Below are positions 38,734 through 46,989 of a DNA stretch of 64,000 bases, one piece after another. Source of the stretch: Spirochaetia bacterium (lineage in GTDB: Bacteria > Spirochaetota > Spirochaetia > SZUA-6 > Bin103); NCBI GenBank assembly GCA_965203905.1, contig CBDBDQ010000005.1, positions 4,000,001 through 4,064,000 of the forward strand, written 5' to 3'. Positions within the stretch are counted from its first letter, which is position 1. Every line of letters starts with the position of its first letter. Made by a program: the position numbers and the translations under genes. Under the pieces are notes generated by a model. It had not been told where the DNA came from. It was given only the letters and a program-made list of their open reading frames with translations, and made no database searches.

Positions 38734-39813
38734 GTGAAAAGATACCGCGTGGGCATCGTGGGGCTGGGGCGGATGGGCAGCACCATCGACGACGAGGGGC
38801 ACACCGACCAGCCGTACTCCATCGCCGCGTCTTGTTCGGCCAGCGTGCGTCTCGAGCTCGTGGCCGGTGCCGACCCGCTGGAGGAACGAAGAGAAGCGTT
38901 CGGGGAGCGCTGGGGGGTGCCCGCGCTGTACGCCGACTACCGGCGGATGGTGGCCCGGGAGACGCCCGACCTGGTGGCCGTCTGCACTACCGCTTCCGGG
39001 CTGCCGAAGCCGGCGTCAGAGGCGCCGGACGCGGAGTTTCGTCGCGATTCGCACGCCGAGTTGACGGTGGCGCTGGCGGCGGCGGGCATCCCGATGCTGT
39101 ACGTGGAGAAGGCGATGGCCAGCTCGGCGCGGATGGCGGACGCCGCGCGCGCCGCCTGCGAGCGCCACGGCACGATGTTCAACACCGGCGTGCTGCGCCG
39201 CTTCGACAACCGTTATCGTGCGGTACGGGAAGCGATAGCCGCCGGCGCGATCGGGTCGCCGCTTGCCGCGATCCACTTTGCCGCCACCAACCTGATGCAC
39301 GGCCACGTACATTCCATCGATACCCTCTCCTACCTGCTCGGCGACCCGCCCATCGAGGCGGTGCGCGGCGAATTGATCCCGCGCGAGATGCGGATCGCCG
39401 GCGACCACCTGCCGCGCGACCCCGACGCCACCTTCCGGCTCCGTTTCGCCGGCGGTGTGGAGGCGTGGTCAGTGCCGGCAGGAGGTTGGGAGTTCGAGGT
39501 CCTCGGCACCGAGGGCAGCATCCGCTCCCTCAACAACGGGGCCGGAGTGACCCTGCGCCGGACCGCCGGCGCCCGGCGGCGCCCGGCGTGGAGCGAGAAG
39601 CCGTTCGCGTTGCCGGAGCCGGTCAGCCCGGTGGTCGCCTGCCTGGAGGATCTGGTCGCGGCCCATGAGTCGGGCCGGCCCACGCTCAGTCCCGTGGACC
39701 GGAGTGCCCACGTCGTCGAGGCCTGCCTCGCCGTGGCCGAGAGCCACCGCCGCGGCGGCGCCTGGGTGGAACTGCCGCTGGCGCAACGCGACCTCTACAT
39801 CTTCCACGTGTGA
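38734..39813 (+). CDS. Gfo/Idh/MocA family oxidoreductase
   Basis: VGLGRMG, YADYRRM, YVEKAMA, HVHSID. Confidence 0.88.
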   Translation: MKRYRVGIVGLGRMGSTIDDEGHTDQPYSIAASCSASVRLELVAGADPLEERREAFGERWGVPALYADYRRMVARETPDLVAVCTTASGLPKPASEAPDAEFRRDSHAELTVALAAAGIPMLYVEKAMASSARMADAARAACERHGTMFNTGVLRRFDNRYRAVREAIAAGAIGSPLAAIHFAATNLMHGHVHSIDTLSYLLGDPPIEAVRGELIPREMRIAGDHLPRDPDATFRLRFAGGVEAWSVPAGGWEFEVLGTEGSIRSLNNGAGVTLRRTAGARRRPAWSEKPFALPEPVSPVVACLEDLVAAHESGRPTLSPVDRSAHVVEACLAVAESHRRGGAWVELPLAQRDLYIFHV

Positions 39814-39882
39814 GCGGGCACGCACGCTCCGCGCCACGGGAGTCCATGCCAAACGACGCCCGCGACGGTCCGCTCGCCAGCG

Positions 39883-40875
39883 CTACGGAGTGCTGCTTGC
39901 CGCCGCGCTCGGGTTCAGTTCGCCGATGAGTTGCTCGCGGGAGATCAGTTCCACCGCCGGCGTGTCGAAGCGGCCGTAGCCGTTCCACACCTTCAGGCCG
40001 ACCAGCTCCTTGAGGCGCAGCGGCGCCGCGGCCAGCACTTCCGGCAGCAGGCCGAGGGTGTAGTTCTCCTGCGGTCGGAACTGGGGGCCGCAGTAGGTGT
40101 TGAGCAGGCCCATTCGCGGCTCGTCGGTGCGGTTGGTGCCGGAGCCGTGCCACAGCCGGCCTTCGAAGAACATCGCGCTGCCGGCCGGGGCCTCGATCGC
40201 CACCAGGTCCTCGTCGCGGTACAGCTCCGGCTTCGGCTGGCGGCCGCTCAGGTGGCTGCCCGGCACGACCCGGGTGGCGCCATTGGCGGCGTGGAAGTCC
40301 ACCAGCAGCCACATGCTGTTGACGCAGGCCGGCGGCGCTATCATGGCGGCCGCGTCGCCGACCTCGCCCGCCTCTGCGCGGCTGATCGATCCCACCGGCA
40401 GCCCGAACTTCCCCTTGGGCACCGGCGGCGGCATCCACCAGGCGTCCGTGTGCAGCTCCATGGGAGCGGCGCCCTTGCCAATGATGTTGGCGGTGCTGCA
40501 GGAGAGCTGGTAGTGCTCGCCGAGCACGTGCCCGACCAGCTCCAGGGCCTCCTCCATGAGCACGAGGTCGTGGAAGATCCGGCCCTTGTTGAGCAGCATG
40601 AAGAGGCGCTGGCTCACGCCTCCGGCGGTGACGGAGAATCCCGTCTCGCGCACTTTGCCGGCGGCGTCCGTGAACGCGCCCCAGCGCTGGTCCGGAGCGC
40701 CGTCCATGTAGGCCACGCCGCGCTCACGCTCGGCGGCGCCCTGGGCGGCGAGCCGCTCCCGCGCCTCCCGCAGCGCAGCCGGCGTCAGCGCGTCCGCCAG
40801 CAGGCAGTAGCCGCAGCGCTCCAGGTCCGCCTTGCAGCGCTCCAGATCGGTGGTGAGTCGGGGCAGCTCGGTCAC
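39883..40875 (-). CDS. PhyH family dioxygenase
   Basis: GYCLLADAL, LHTD, NGATRVVPGSH, EGRLWHG, RPQEN; start taken at GTG (VTELP). Confidence 0.85.
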   Translation of the reverse strand: MTELPRLTTDLERCKADLERCGYCLLADALTPAALREARERLAAQGAAERERGVAYMDGAPDQRWGAFTDAAGKVRETGFSVTAGGVSQRLFMLLNKGRIFHDLVLMEEALELVGHVLGEHYQLSCSTANIIGKGAAPMELHTDAWWMPPPVPKGKFGLPVGSISRAEAGEVGDAAAMIAPPACVNSMWLLVDFHAANGATRVVPGSHLSGRQPKPELYRDEDLVAIEAPAGSAMFFEGRLWHGSGTNRTDEPRMGLLNTYCGPQFRPQENYTLGLLPEVLAAAPLRLKELVGLKVWNGYGRFDTPAVELISREQLIGELNPSAAASSTP

Positions 40876-41054
40876 GGCGGCAGTATAGCCCGGCGACCGA
40901 ACCGCGAGAACAGCTGCCGTCCCGACCGTCCTGACCGATACATCCATGAGCCCATCAACTGACAGCCGCACCGCAGCGACCGGGACCATCGCTGCCGTCC
41001 GGCCCACGTCGGGATACTCTCCATCCCGTACGCCGGCGCCCGTGCTGGCGCTGG

Positions 41055-41546
41055 TCAGAACTGGTAGACGAGCGGCGGGTCGGCGGCGGGCGCCGGGTAG
41101 AAGAGAAGCAGGACGGTGCCGGAGTGCTGGCCGTAGGCTGCCCGGTAGCGCTCCCTGATCGGCGCGAGATCGAAGCGGAGCTGCCGGGTTGGATAGGCTT
41201 CGCAGGGGTCCTCGTTGGCGTCATGGGTGAGCACCACAGGCAGTTGGACGGGGGAAGACTCGCGGAAGGATTCGGCCGCGGTCAGGACGAACACGTGGCT
41301 GCGACAGCCGCCGCTGTAGGAAACCGAGACGGTGAGGATGTGGCCGCTCACCGCGGCGCCATTCAGGGTGAACGGATCGGTGTGCCGATCGGCAGTGGGG
41401 CCGAAGAGTACCGGCACCAGGGGCTCGGGCCGGGTCGGAGGCACCTCGTCGCGACCGATCGAAACAGGAGCGGCGGCGGCGCGGCAACCGGCCGCGAGGC
41501 AGGCGGCCGCCACCAGCAGCGCGAGGTAAGAGAGAAGTCGCTTCAT
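41055..41546 (-). CDS. lipoprotein, NigD-C-like beta domain
   Basis: MKRLL...LAAGC lipobox; YSGGC...HDANEDPCEA motif. Confidence 0.6.
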   Translation of the reverse strand: MKRLLSYLALLVAAACLAAGCRAAAAPVSIGRDEVPPTRPEPLVPVLFGPTADRHTDPFTLNGAAVSGHILTVSVSYSGGCRSHVFVLTAAESFRESSPVQLPVVLTHDANEDPCEAYPTRQLRFDLAPIRERYRAAYGQHSGTVLLLFYPAPAADPPLVYQF

Positions 41547-41806
41547 GCTACGCACCCCACCGATTGTGTCTCCCGGCCCCCCGGCCGGCCGGCCCAGCCG
41601 GCTCCACCCCATTCGCCAGTAATGATACCATACGGCCTGACCTGCTTGGCGCGGTCCCTCGCCTACCGGATCGTAGCCAGGGCTGGCCGTACGCAGCCGG
41701 ATACCGTCCCACTCGGCGATGCCGCGGCGGTCGAAGGAGAGGCGCCGTCATCGCCCCGCGATGCCGGTGCGTACGCCCGGCGGTAGTCCCAGCGGCAGCG
41801 GGCAAT

Positions 41807-42563
41807 GCTGCGCGACAAGCCGGCTGCAAAATCGTTGCTCCCGCTACCCTCGACCGACACCCGACCGCCCAACTCTCACCCCGCCGAGCGCCGATCACAT
41901 GGCCCCGTCTGGCGGCGGCCCGTCCTCCCGATGCCGGAAGCGGTGGTGAGCAGAACAACGAAGCCTGAGATTACCCGGCTCAGCACTGCCGCCGAGCGCG
42001 AAGGGAACGATGTGGTCGAGTTCCAGCAGGAAGCGGGAGCCGCAGCGCCGCCCGCTATGCGGATCGACGAAACTGCAGCAGCCGCCGTCGCGGCGCCACA
42101 CCTCGCGCCGCACTGGTGCCGGAATGTACCGGGATCGACGCGCCCGGTGGGACGGCTGCGCGCTGCCTGCGGACGGGCCGGCTGGCGCCGCCTGCGTGCG
42201 CGAACGGCCATCGAGCGGCGCTCCTGCCCGCGTTGCCGCCCCTGCCCGCTTCGCTGGCGAAGGAGCGTGGCGACCGCGGTCCACCGCTGCCCGCGCGGTC
42301 GGCATGCTCTGGTCTGCCGGCGGCGTCGGTACGGGGGCGCGGGACCCGCAACCAGCCACCAACTTCGCCGCCGAAGGAGTGGTGCCGGGCGCCGCCAGCG
42401 CTGGCTTTGCACGCACCGGGGAGCTGCCCCTGCAAGTCTCGCGCCCCGCCGGCGGCGCGGACAGCGCTGCCACCGCCGAGGTGCCGGCGCCGCCAATCCC
42501 GCGCGCGGGTTCCGCTACGGACAGCGCTGCCGGCGCCGGGGTGCTGCCACCGGCGCTCGTGCC
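41807..42563. repeat. dispersed repeat, homologous to 63277-64000
   Basis: Alignable by eye over 3' tail, HNH domain and linker, with substitutions and in-frame indels. Confidence 0.95.
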
Positions 42564-43490
42564 CTCCGACGGCGTCGCCACTCCGGGTTGCTCTTGCGCG
42601 CCCGACTTCGCTGGCGAAGTCGCCCCGCCTGCCGGCCCTTGCTGCGCCTTCGGCTCCGGCGCCTGGCCCGCGCTTGCCTCCCGGCGCCCACCTCTGCGCC
42701 CGCGCGGCGGCCGCCCCGGGTCGTAGCGCTGCAGGCCGTCCTGCACCAGCCGCTCCACGAGCTGCCCGACCGTCAGGTGCGGGTCCACGTGCGACAGCAG
42801 TGCCCGTAGCTGCTCGATCCCGCACTGACACGCGGCGTCGATCACCACCTTCAGCTCCCAGCGGCCGTCGCCCAGCGCGCGCATGCGATCGGCCGGCCGC
42901 GCCAGCTTGGGAGCCACCCCGGCCAACAACTGCTTCACCTCGCGGGTGCTCTTGCCGCTCGCCTGCTCCACCAGCTCCTGCCGCTGCGCCGCGTCCAGCG
43001 CCGGCACCGGTCGCGCTGGCGCCGCTGCCGCGGCCCCCGAAGCCCCCGCCTCCAGCGCCGTCCCCGTGCCGGCCGGCAGCAGCTCCGGTGCCGCGGATGC
43101 CGAGCCGGGGTCCGTGGCGGCGGTCGCCGTGCGCTGCAGGAGATCGAAGGTGTTCTGCAACTGCGCCGCCGCGCTCAGGGAGAGCGAGCCGTCCTGCAGC
43201 CGCTCGCGTGTCCCGGCGGTATCGGAGCACAGGCGCATGGCTTTGATACGGCGCCAGGCGGCACCCTCGCTATAGCCCAGCTCGCGCACGGCGTAGTCGA
43301 ACAGGCTGGAGAACCCGAGGCGCAGATGGAGGTGGCGTGCGTGGATCTCGCGCAGGTGGTCGAGGACGGCGAGCTGCAGCGCCTGCTCGTGCAGGACGAG
43401 GGACCTGGTGTGCGCCAGCAGCACTTGGTCGGGGAGCCCGGAGAGCGAGGAGGAGAAGCTGGTGGCGGTCGCGGAATCCACGGAATCCAT
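41895..43490 (-). CDS. HNH endonuclease with DUF222-like N-terminal domain and long low-complexity linker
   Basis: LGFSSLFDYAVRELGYSEGAAWRRI N-terminus; RYIPAPVRREVWRRDGGCC...RC...LELDHIVPFALGG...NLRLRCSAHH. Confidence 0.88.
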   Translation of the reverse strand: MDSVDSATATSFSSSLSGLPDQVLLAHTRSLVLHEQALQLAVLDHLREIHARHLHLRLGFSSLFDYAVRELGYSEGAAWRRIKAMRLCSDTAGTRERLQDGSLSLSAAAQLQNTFDLLQRTATAATDPGSASAAPELLPAGTGTALEAGASGAAAAAPARPVPALDAAQRQELVEQASGKSTREVKQLLAGVAPKLARPADRMRALGDGRWELKVVIDAACQCGIEQLRALLSHVDPHLTVGQLVERLVQDGLQRYDPGRPPRGRRGGRREASAGQAPEPKAQQGPAGGATSPAKSGAQEQPGVATPSEGTSAGGSTPAPAALSVAEPARGIGGAGTSAVAALSAPPAGRETCRGSSPVRAKPALAAPGTTPSAAKLVAGCGSRAPVPTPPADQSMPTARAAVDRGRHAPSPAKRAGAATRAGAPLDGRSRTQAAPAGPSAGSAQPSHRARRSRYIPAPVRREVWRRDGGCCSFVDPHSGRRCGSRFLLELDHIVPFALGGSAEPGNLRLRCSAHHRFRHREDGPPPDGAM

Positions 43491-43496
43491 GGCGTA

Positions 43497-43504
43497 AATA
43501 TAAG
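43497..43504. promoter_or_regulatory. overlapping divergent -10 elements (leaderless HNH mRNA / + strand RNA)
   Basis: Minus-strand TATATT (43497-43502) 6 nt before the ATG with no RBS; plus-strand TATAAG (43499-43504). Confidence 0.45.
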
Positions 43505-43505
43505 C

Positions 43506-43705
43506 ATGGCTGAGAAATGACGGGTTTCGGTGAGTCCCGGACCGGCATCGGGAAGGGCTCAGGCCGGCGCTGGTGGGGTGCTGGAGGGCCTGGAAGGCCA
43601 GGCGGGATGTTCGCAGGGTCGGAAGGGCCGGAACGTGCGGCAGGAGGCCGTCACGAGCAGCGCCAAACCCGTCAAGTGCTCAGCGCATTTTTTGGGCACC
43701 TTTTC
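43506..43705 (+). ncRNA. candidate structured ncRNA divergent from HNH gene
   Basis: Closing stems 43518-27/43665-74 and 43509-14/43679-84, five or more internal helices with G-U pairs favouring + strand, T6 at 43688-93. Confidence 0.55.
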
Positions 43706-44066
43706 TGCTGAATCCTGCACCGCGGCGCCGACATGCCCAGCAACGCATCGGCGGAGACCGGCGCGTTGCTGGTGGCGGCTATCCCCTCTTTTCTGGACAC
43801 GTCGTACAGCGAACGAGCCACACACCCAGAAGGCGGCGATCTGGCAGGCGCCGCGCCGGGGCCATCACCGCAGCTCGCCCACGCACGGAATGCAGACGTC
43901 ATTCAGCATGGGATCGCCTTGGTCCGCCCGCACGCGACCCACACCCGGCACGCAGCGCAGGCGCCGGCGTGCTGCCGGCAGACGTGTCTGCGGCATGTGT
44001 GCCACACTCCGCGTCGGTGTTGCGACACGGCGAGGCGATGCCCGCTGCCAATACCACCCGCTCCTC

Positions 44067-46091
44067 ATGGCGACAGCATTGGATTCTCGTCTTGGCCGCC
44101 TCCGGACGCCGTCTCGGGCCGCGCCTCGCCTTGCGAAGTGGGCCCCGGCAAGCCTGGTGGGGATTGCGCTGGTGCTGCTCGGTGCCTGCGCCAGCAGCGC
44201 CGCCGTGGTGCGCGACGGCGCCGATCGGCCGTTCCTGATCGTCGACGCGAGACAGCCGACCCCGGTCGGAGGCGCGGGGCTTCAGCTCCGGTTTTCGGTG
44301 CGCATGTCGGACGGCACGGATCCTCCGGAGCTGGGGTCGGAAGAGATCGCGGTGATGAACGACGAGGCGGGCCACGACTTGGGCGCCGGCGGGGAGGATG
44401 GGAGCCGGTCGGCGCCGCGGCTTCCCGCCGACCTCGCACTGCTGACGGTGCTGGTCCTCGATTTCTCCGACTCGGTGTTCAAGGAAGAGCTCCCGGATCA
44501 CATCCGCAGAGGAGTGGACGGCTATCTGCAGGCGCTGCTGGTGCAGTCGGACGGTGACAGCGCCGAGCTGACGACGGTAAAGGGGAATCATCGGCTCGCC
44601 CTGGTGCAGCTCGGTCGCACCCGGGAGGTCAGGACAGCCCTCGATTTCACCGCCGATCCGGCGGAGGTCGAGCAGGCCGTGGCGGCGCTGGCGGCTGCGG
44701 GCGGACTCGGTACTACCAACCTGTATGCCGGCTACGGCGCCGGGATCGATGCCGTGACGGGCGAGGAAGTGGCGTCACCGTCGGTGCAGCGCGTCGTGAT
44801 CCTGGTCACCGACGGCGCCCACCGGGCCGGGAATACGGAGCAGTTGAGGGCTCAGGCGCTGGACCTGCGGGAGCGGACCGAGAGCGCCGTGTTCACTGTC
44901 GGTGTCGGCGACGGTGAGCACCTGCAACCGGTGCGGGAGCTTGCCTCGCAGCCGCGGTTCTTCCGCGCGACCGACGCCGAGGGAGTGGCGCGGGCGTTTC
45001 AGGAGATTGCCTCCGACATCGTCCGCCTGGCACGCAGCCACTACGTGGTGGGGATCTGCACGCCGGTCGAGCTGGGCAGCCCGACGCTGACGCTCCGGGT
45101 CACCGCGGGCGAACTGTCCGCGGCGCACACCGTGGTCTACGCCACCGACATGCTGGACGGCAACACGACCGACTGCGATCCCGACCAGGTGGCCGCCGCG
45201 TACGCCGGCGCCGATGCCGGCTCCGGCGCCACCCCGCCAGCGCAGGTCGAGCTGCTGCCGGCGCCGGGCGCGGACGCCGAGGAAGCCCGGCCGCAGCTCG
45301 CGGAGGAGGAGCGTCGGCCCCCGGGCAGCCGGTTCCGGGACTGCACCGAGTGTCCGGAGATGGTGGTGGTGCCCGCGGGCAGCTTCCTGATGGGCTCGCC
45401 GCAAACGGAACCGGGGCGGGAGGCCGACGAAGGGCCGCGCCATCGCGTGTGGCTGCCGCGGGCCTTCGCCGTGGGCGTGTACGAGGTGACGTTCGCCGAG
45501 TGGGATGCGTGCCTGCGCGCCGGGGGTTGTGACTGGTATCCGCAGGATGAGGACTGGGGACGCGGCAGGCGTCCGGTCATCAACGTGAGTTGGCAGGATG
45601 CGCAGCAGTACGTGGCGTGGCTGAGCAGCCGCACCGGCGAGCGGTACCGGTTGTTGAGCGAGGCGGAATGGGAGTACGCGGCGCGCGCGGGAACGACGAC
45701 TCCGTTTCACACGGGACCGACGATCTCCCCGGAGCTGGCCAACTACAATGGAGAGCTCACCTACGCAGGTGGCGCCAGCGGCATCTACCATCGCCGGACG
45801 CTGCCGGTAGGATCGTATCCCGCGAACGAGTTCGGGCTGCACGACGTGCACGGCAACGTGTGGGAGTGGGTAGAAGATTGCTGGCACGGAGACTACGACG
45901 GTGCGCCGAACGACGGCAGTGCCCGGGGAGATGCCCGCGCCAGGGCCCGCTGCAACTGGCGGGTGGTACGCGGCGGCGCCTGGTTCTACGATCCGCGGCT
46001 GCTGCGCTCCGCGTACCGGAGCTGGAACTTCGCCGGCAACCGATCGAGCGAGTTCGGCGGCTTCCGGGTGGCCCGGACGCTGGGCCCTTGA
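44067..46091 (+). CDS. lipoprotein with vWA domain and C-terminal FGE-sulfatase (SUMF1/CLec-fold) domain
   Basis: LVLLGAC lipobox; MIDAS DFSDS...TDG; RDCTECPEMV, RPVINVSW, RLLSEAEWEYAAR, GNVWEW, RGGAW, GFRVAR; start uncertain. Confidence 0.82.
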   Translation: MATALDSRLGRLRTPSRAAPRLAKWAPASLVGIALVLLGACASSAAVVRDGADRPFLIVDARQPTPVGGAGLQLRFSVRMSDGTDPPELGSEEIAVMNDEAGHDLGAGGEDGSRSAPRLPADLALLTVLVLDFSDSVFKEELPDHIRRGVDGYLQALLVQSDGDSAELTTVKGNHRLALVQLGRTREVRTALDFTADPAEVEQAVAALAAAGGLGTTNLYAGYGAGIDAVTGEEVASPSVQRVVILVTDGAHRAGNTEQLRAQALDLRERTESAVFTVGVGDGEHLQPVRELASQPRFFRATDAEGVARAFQEIASDIVRLARSHYVVGICTPVELGSPTLTLRVTAGELSAAHTVVYATDMLDGNTTDCDPDQVAAAYAGADAGSGATPPAQVELLPAPGADAEEARPQLAEEERRPPGSRFRDCTECPEMVVVPAGSFLMGSPQTEPGREADEGPRHRVWLPRAFAVGVYEVTFAEWDACLRAGGCDWYPQDEDWGRGRRPVINVSWQDAQQYVAWLSSRTGERYRLLSEAEWEYAARAGTTTPFHTGPTISPELANYNGELTYAGGASGIYHRRTLPVGSYPANEFGLHDVHGNVWEWVEDCWHGDYDGAPNDGSARGDARARARCNWRVVRGGAWFYDPRLLRSAYRSWNFAGNRSSEFGGFRVARTLGP

Positions 46092-46113
46092 CCTGCTACC
46101 ATGGCGCCCAACC

Positions 46114-46968
46114 ATGGCCGATTCAGCTCGCTGGCACGTACGTGCCGAGAACGATTGCCTGTTCGTCGACGACGCCGAGCAGGGCGGGGTGGTCCTGCAG
46201 CACAACGCGCGCACCGGGGTGGGGGCGTACATTCACCCGTTGCGCCTGGACGGCGCCTGCCTGACCGCGGACAGCCCCTGGCACCACCCGCACCAGCACG
46301 GCATTCAGACCCGCTTCGTGGGGATCGACGGCAGCGATTTCTGGCACTACCCCGGGCAGCGGCCGGGCCAGACGCTGGGCCGGATCAACCCCGCCCCGCC
46401 ACGGGTGGCCGGCACGGCACCGCCGCGCTGGACCATCGAGGCGCTGTGGCAGCACGCCGACGGCCGGCAGGTGCTGGCCGAGCGCCAGGAGTGGACGTTG
46501 CGCGACGCGGATGGACTCCTGCTGCTGGACCTGGACTGGACCCTGCGGGCGATCCCGGCGCTCACCTTCGCGCCCTACCCCTATGGCGGCCTCTACGTGC
46601 GCATGCCGTTCCACTTCCACCTCGGCGCCTCGGTGGTCACCTCCACCGGCCACCGCGACGGCGCCGCCGAGCAGCAGGCCGCCACCTGGGTGGACCTGCA
46701 GATGCCGCTGGAGCACGGTGGCTGCCGCAAGGGCGACGAGCCGATCAGCGCCGGCATCGCGGTGTGCGACCATCCCGCCAACCCCGGCCACCCCGCCTGC
46801 TGGCGCGTCGACGGTTTCTACGGCATCAATCCGGCGCCGACCATCGCCGGCCCCATCGAGCTGGCCGCCGGTGCGGCCCTGCGCCTGCGCTACCGCCTGA
46901 TCGCGCATCGAGGACCACTGGCGGCGGCGCGGATCGAGGAGCTGTGGGCCGACCACGCGGCACCGTAG
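46114..46968 (+). CDS. DUF6807/PmoA-like family protein
   Basis: YIHPL...HHPHQHG...DFW...YGGLYVRM...DHPANP...LRYRL. Confidence 0.7.
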   Translation: MADSARWHVRAENDCLFVDDAEQGGVVLQHNARTGVGAYIHPLRLDGACLTADSPWHHPHQHGIQTRFVGIDGSDFWHYPGQRPGQTLGRINPAPPRVAGTAPPRWTIEALWQHADGRQVLAERQEWTLRDADGLLLLDLDWTLRAIPALTFAPYPYGGLYVRMPFHFHLGASVVTSTGHRDGAAEQQAATWVDLQMPLEHGGCRKGDEPISAGIAVCDHPANPGHPACWRVDGFYGINPAPTIAGPIELAAGAALRLRYRLIAHRGPLAAARIEELWADHAAP

Positions 46969-46989
46969 ACAAAGCGCGGCGGTAGCAAG

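Larger units (their letters stand above)
41807..43705 (-). mobile_element. putative selfish HNH endonuclease element, copy 1 (3' tail + ORF + divergent structured RNA)
   Basis: Low-coordinate boundary set by the abrupt end of identity with copy 2 at gctgcgcgacaagc; high-coordinate boundary inferred from end of the structured region. Confidence 0.6.

Noticed and set aside
41780-43800. Target-site duplication, IS-type terminal inverted repeats, or IscB identity for the HNH element
   Set aside because: No flanking direct repeat found; the protein lacks PLMP and RuvC motifs, so it is not IscB, Cas9 or TnpB
43530-44066. N-terminal 179 aa of ORF 43530-46091
   Set aside because: Not protein-like, precedes the lipoprotein signal and overlaps the structured RNA candidate; treated as non-coding
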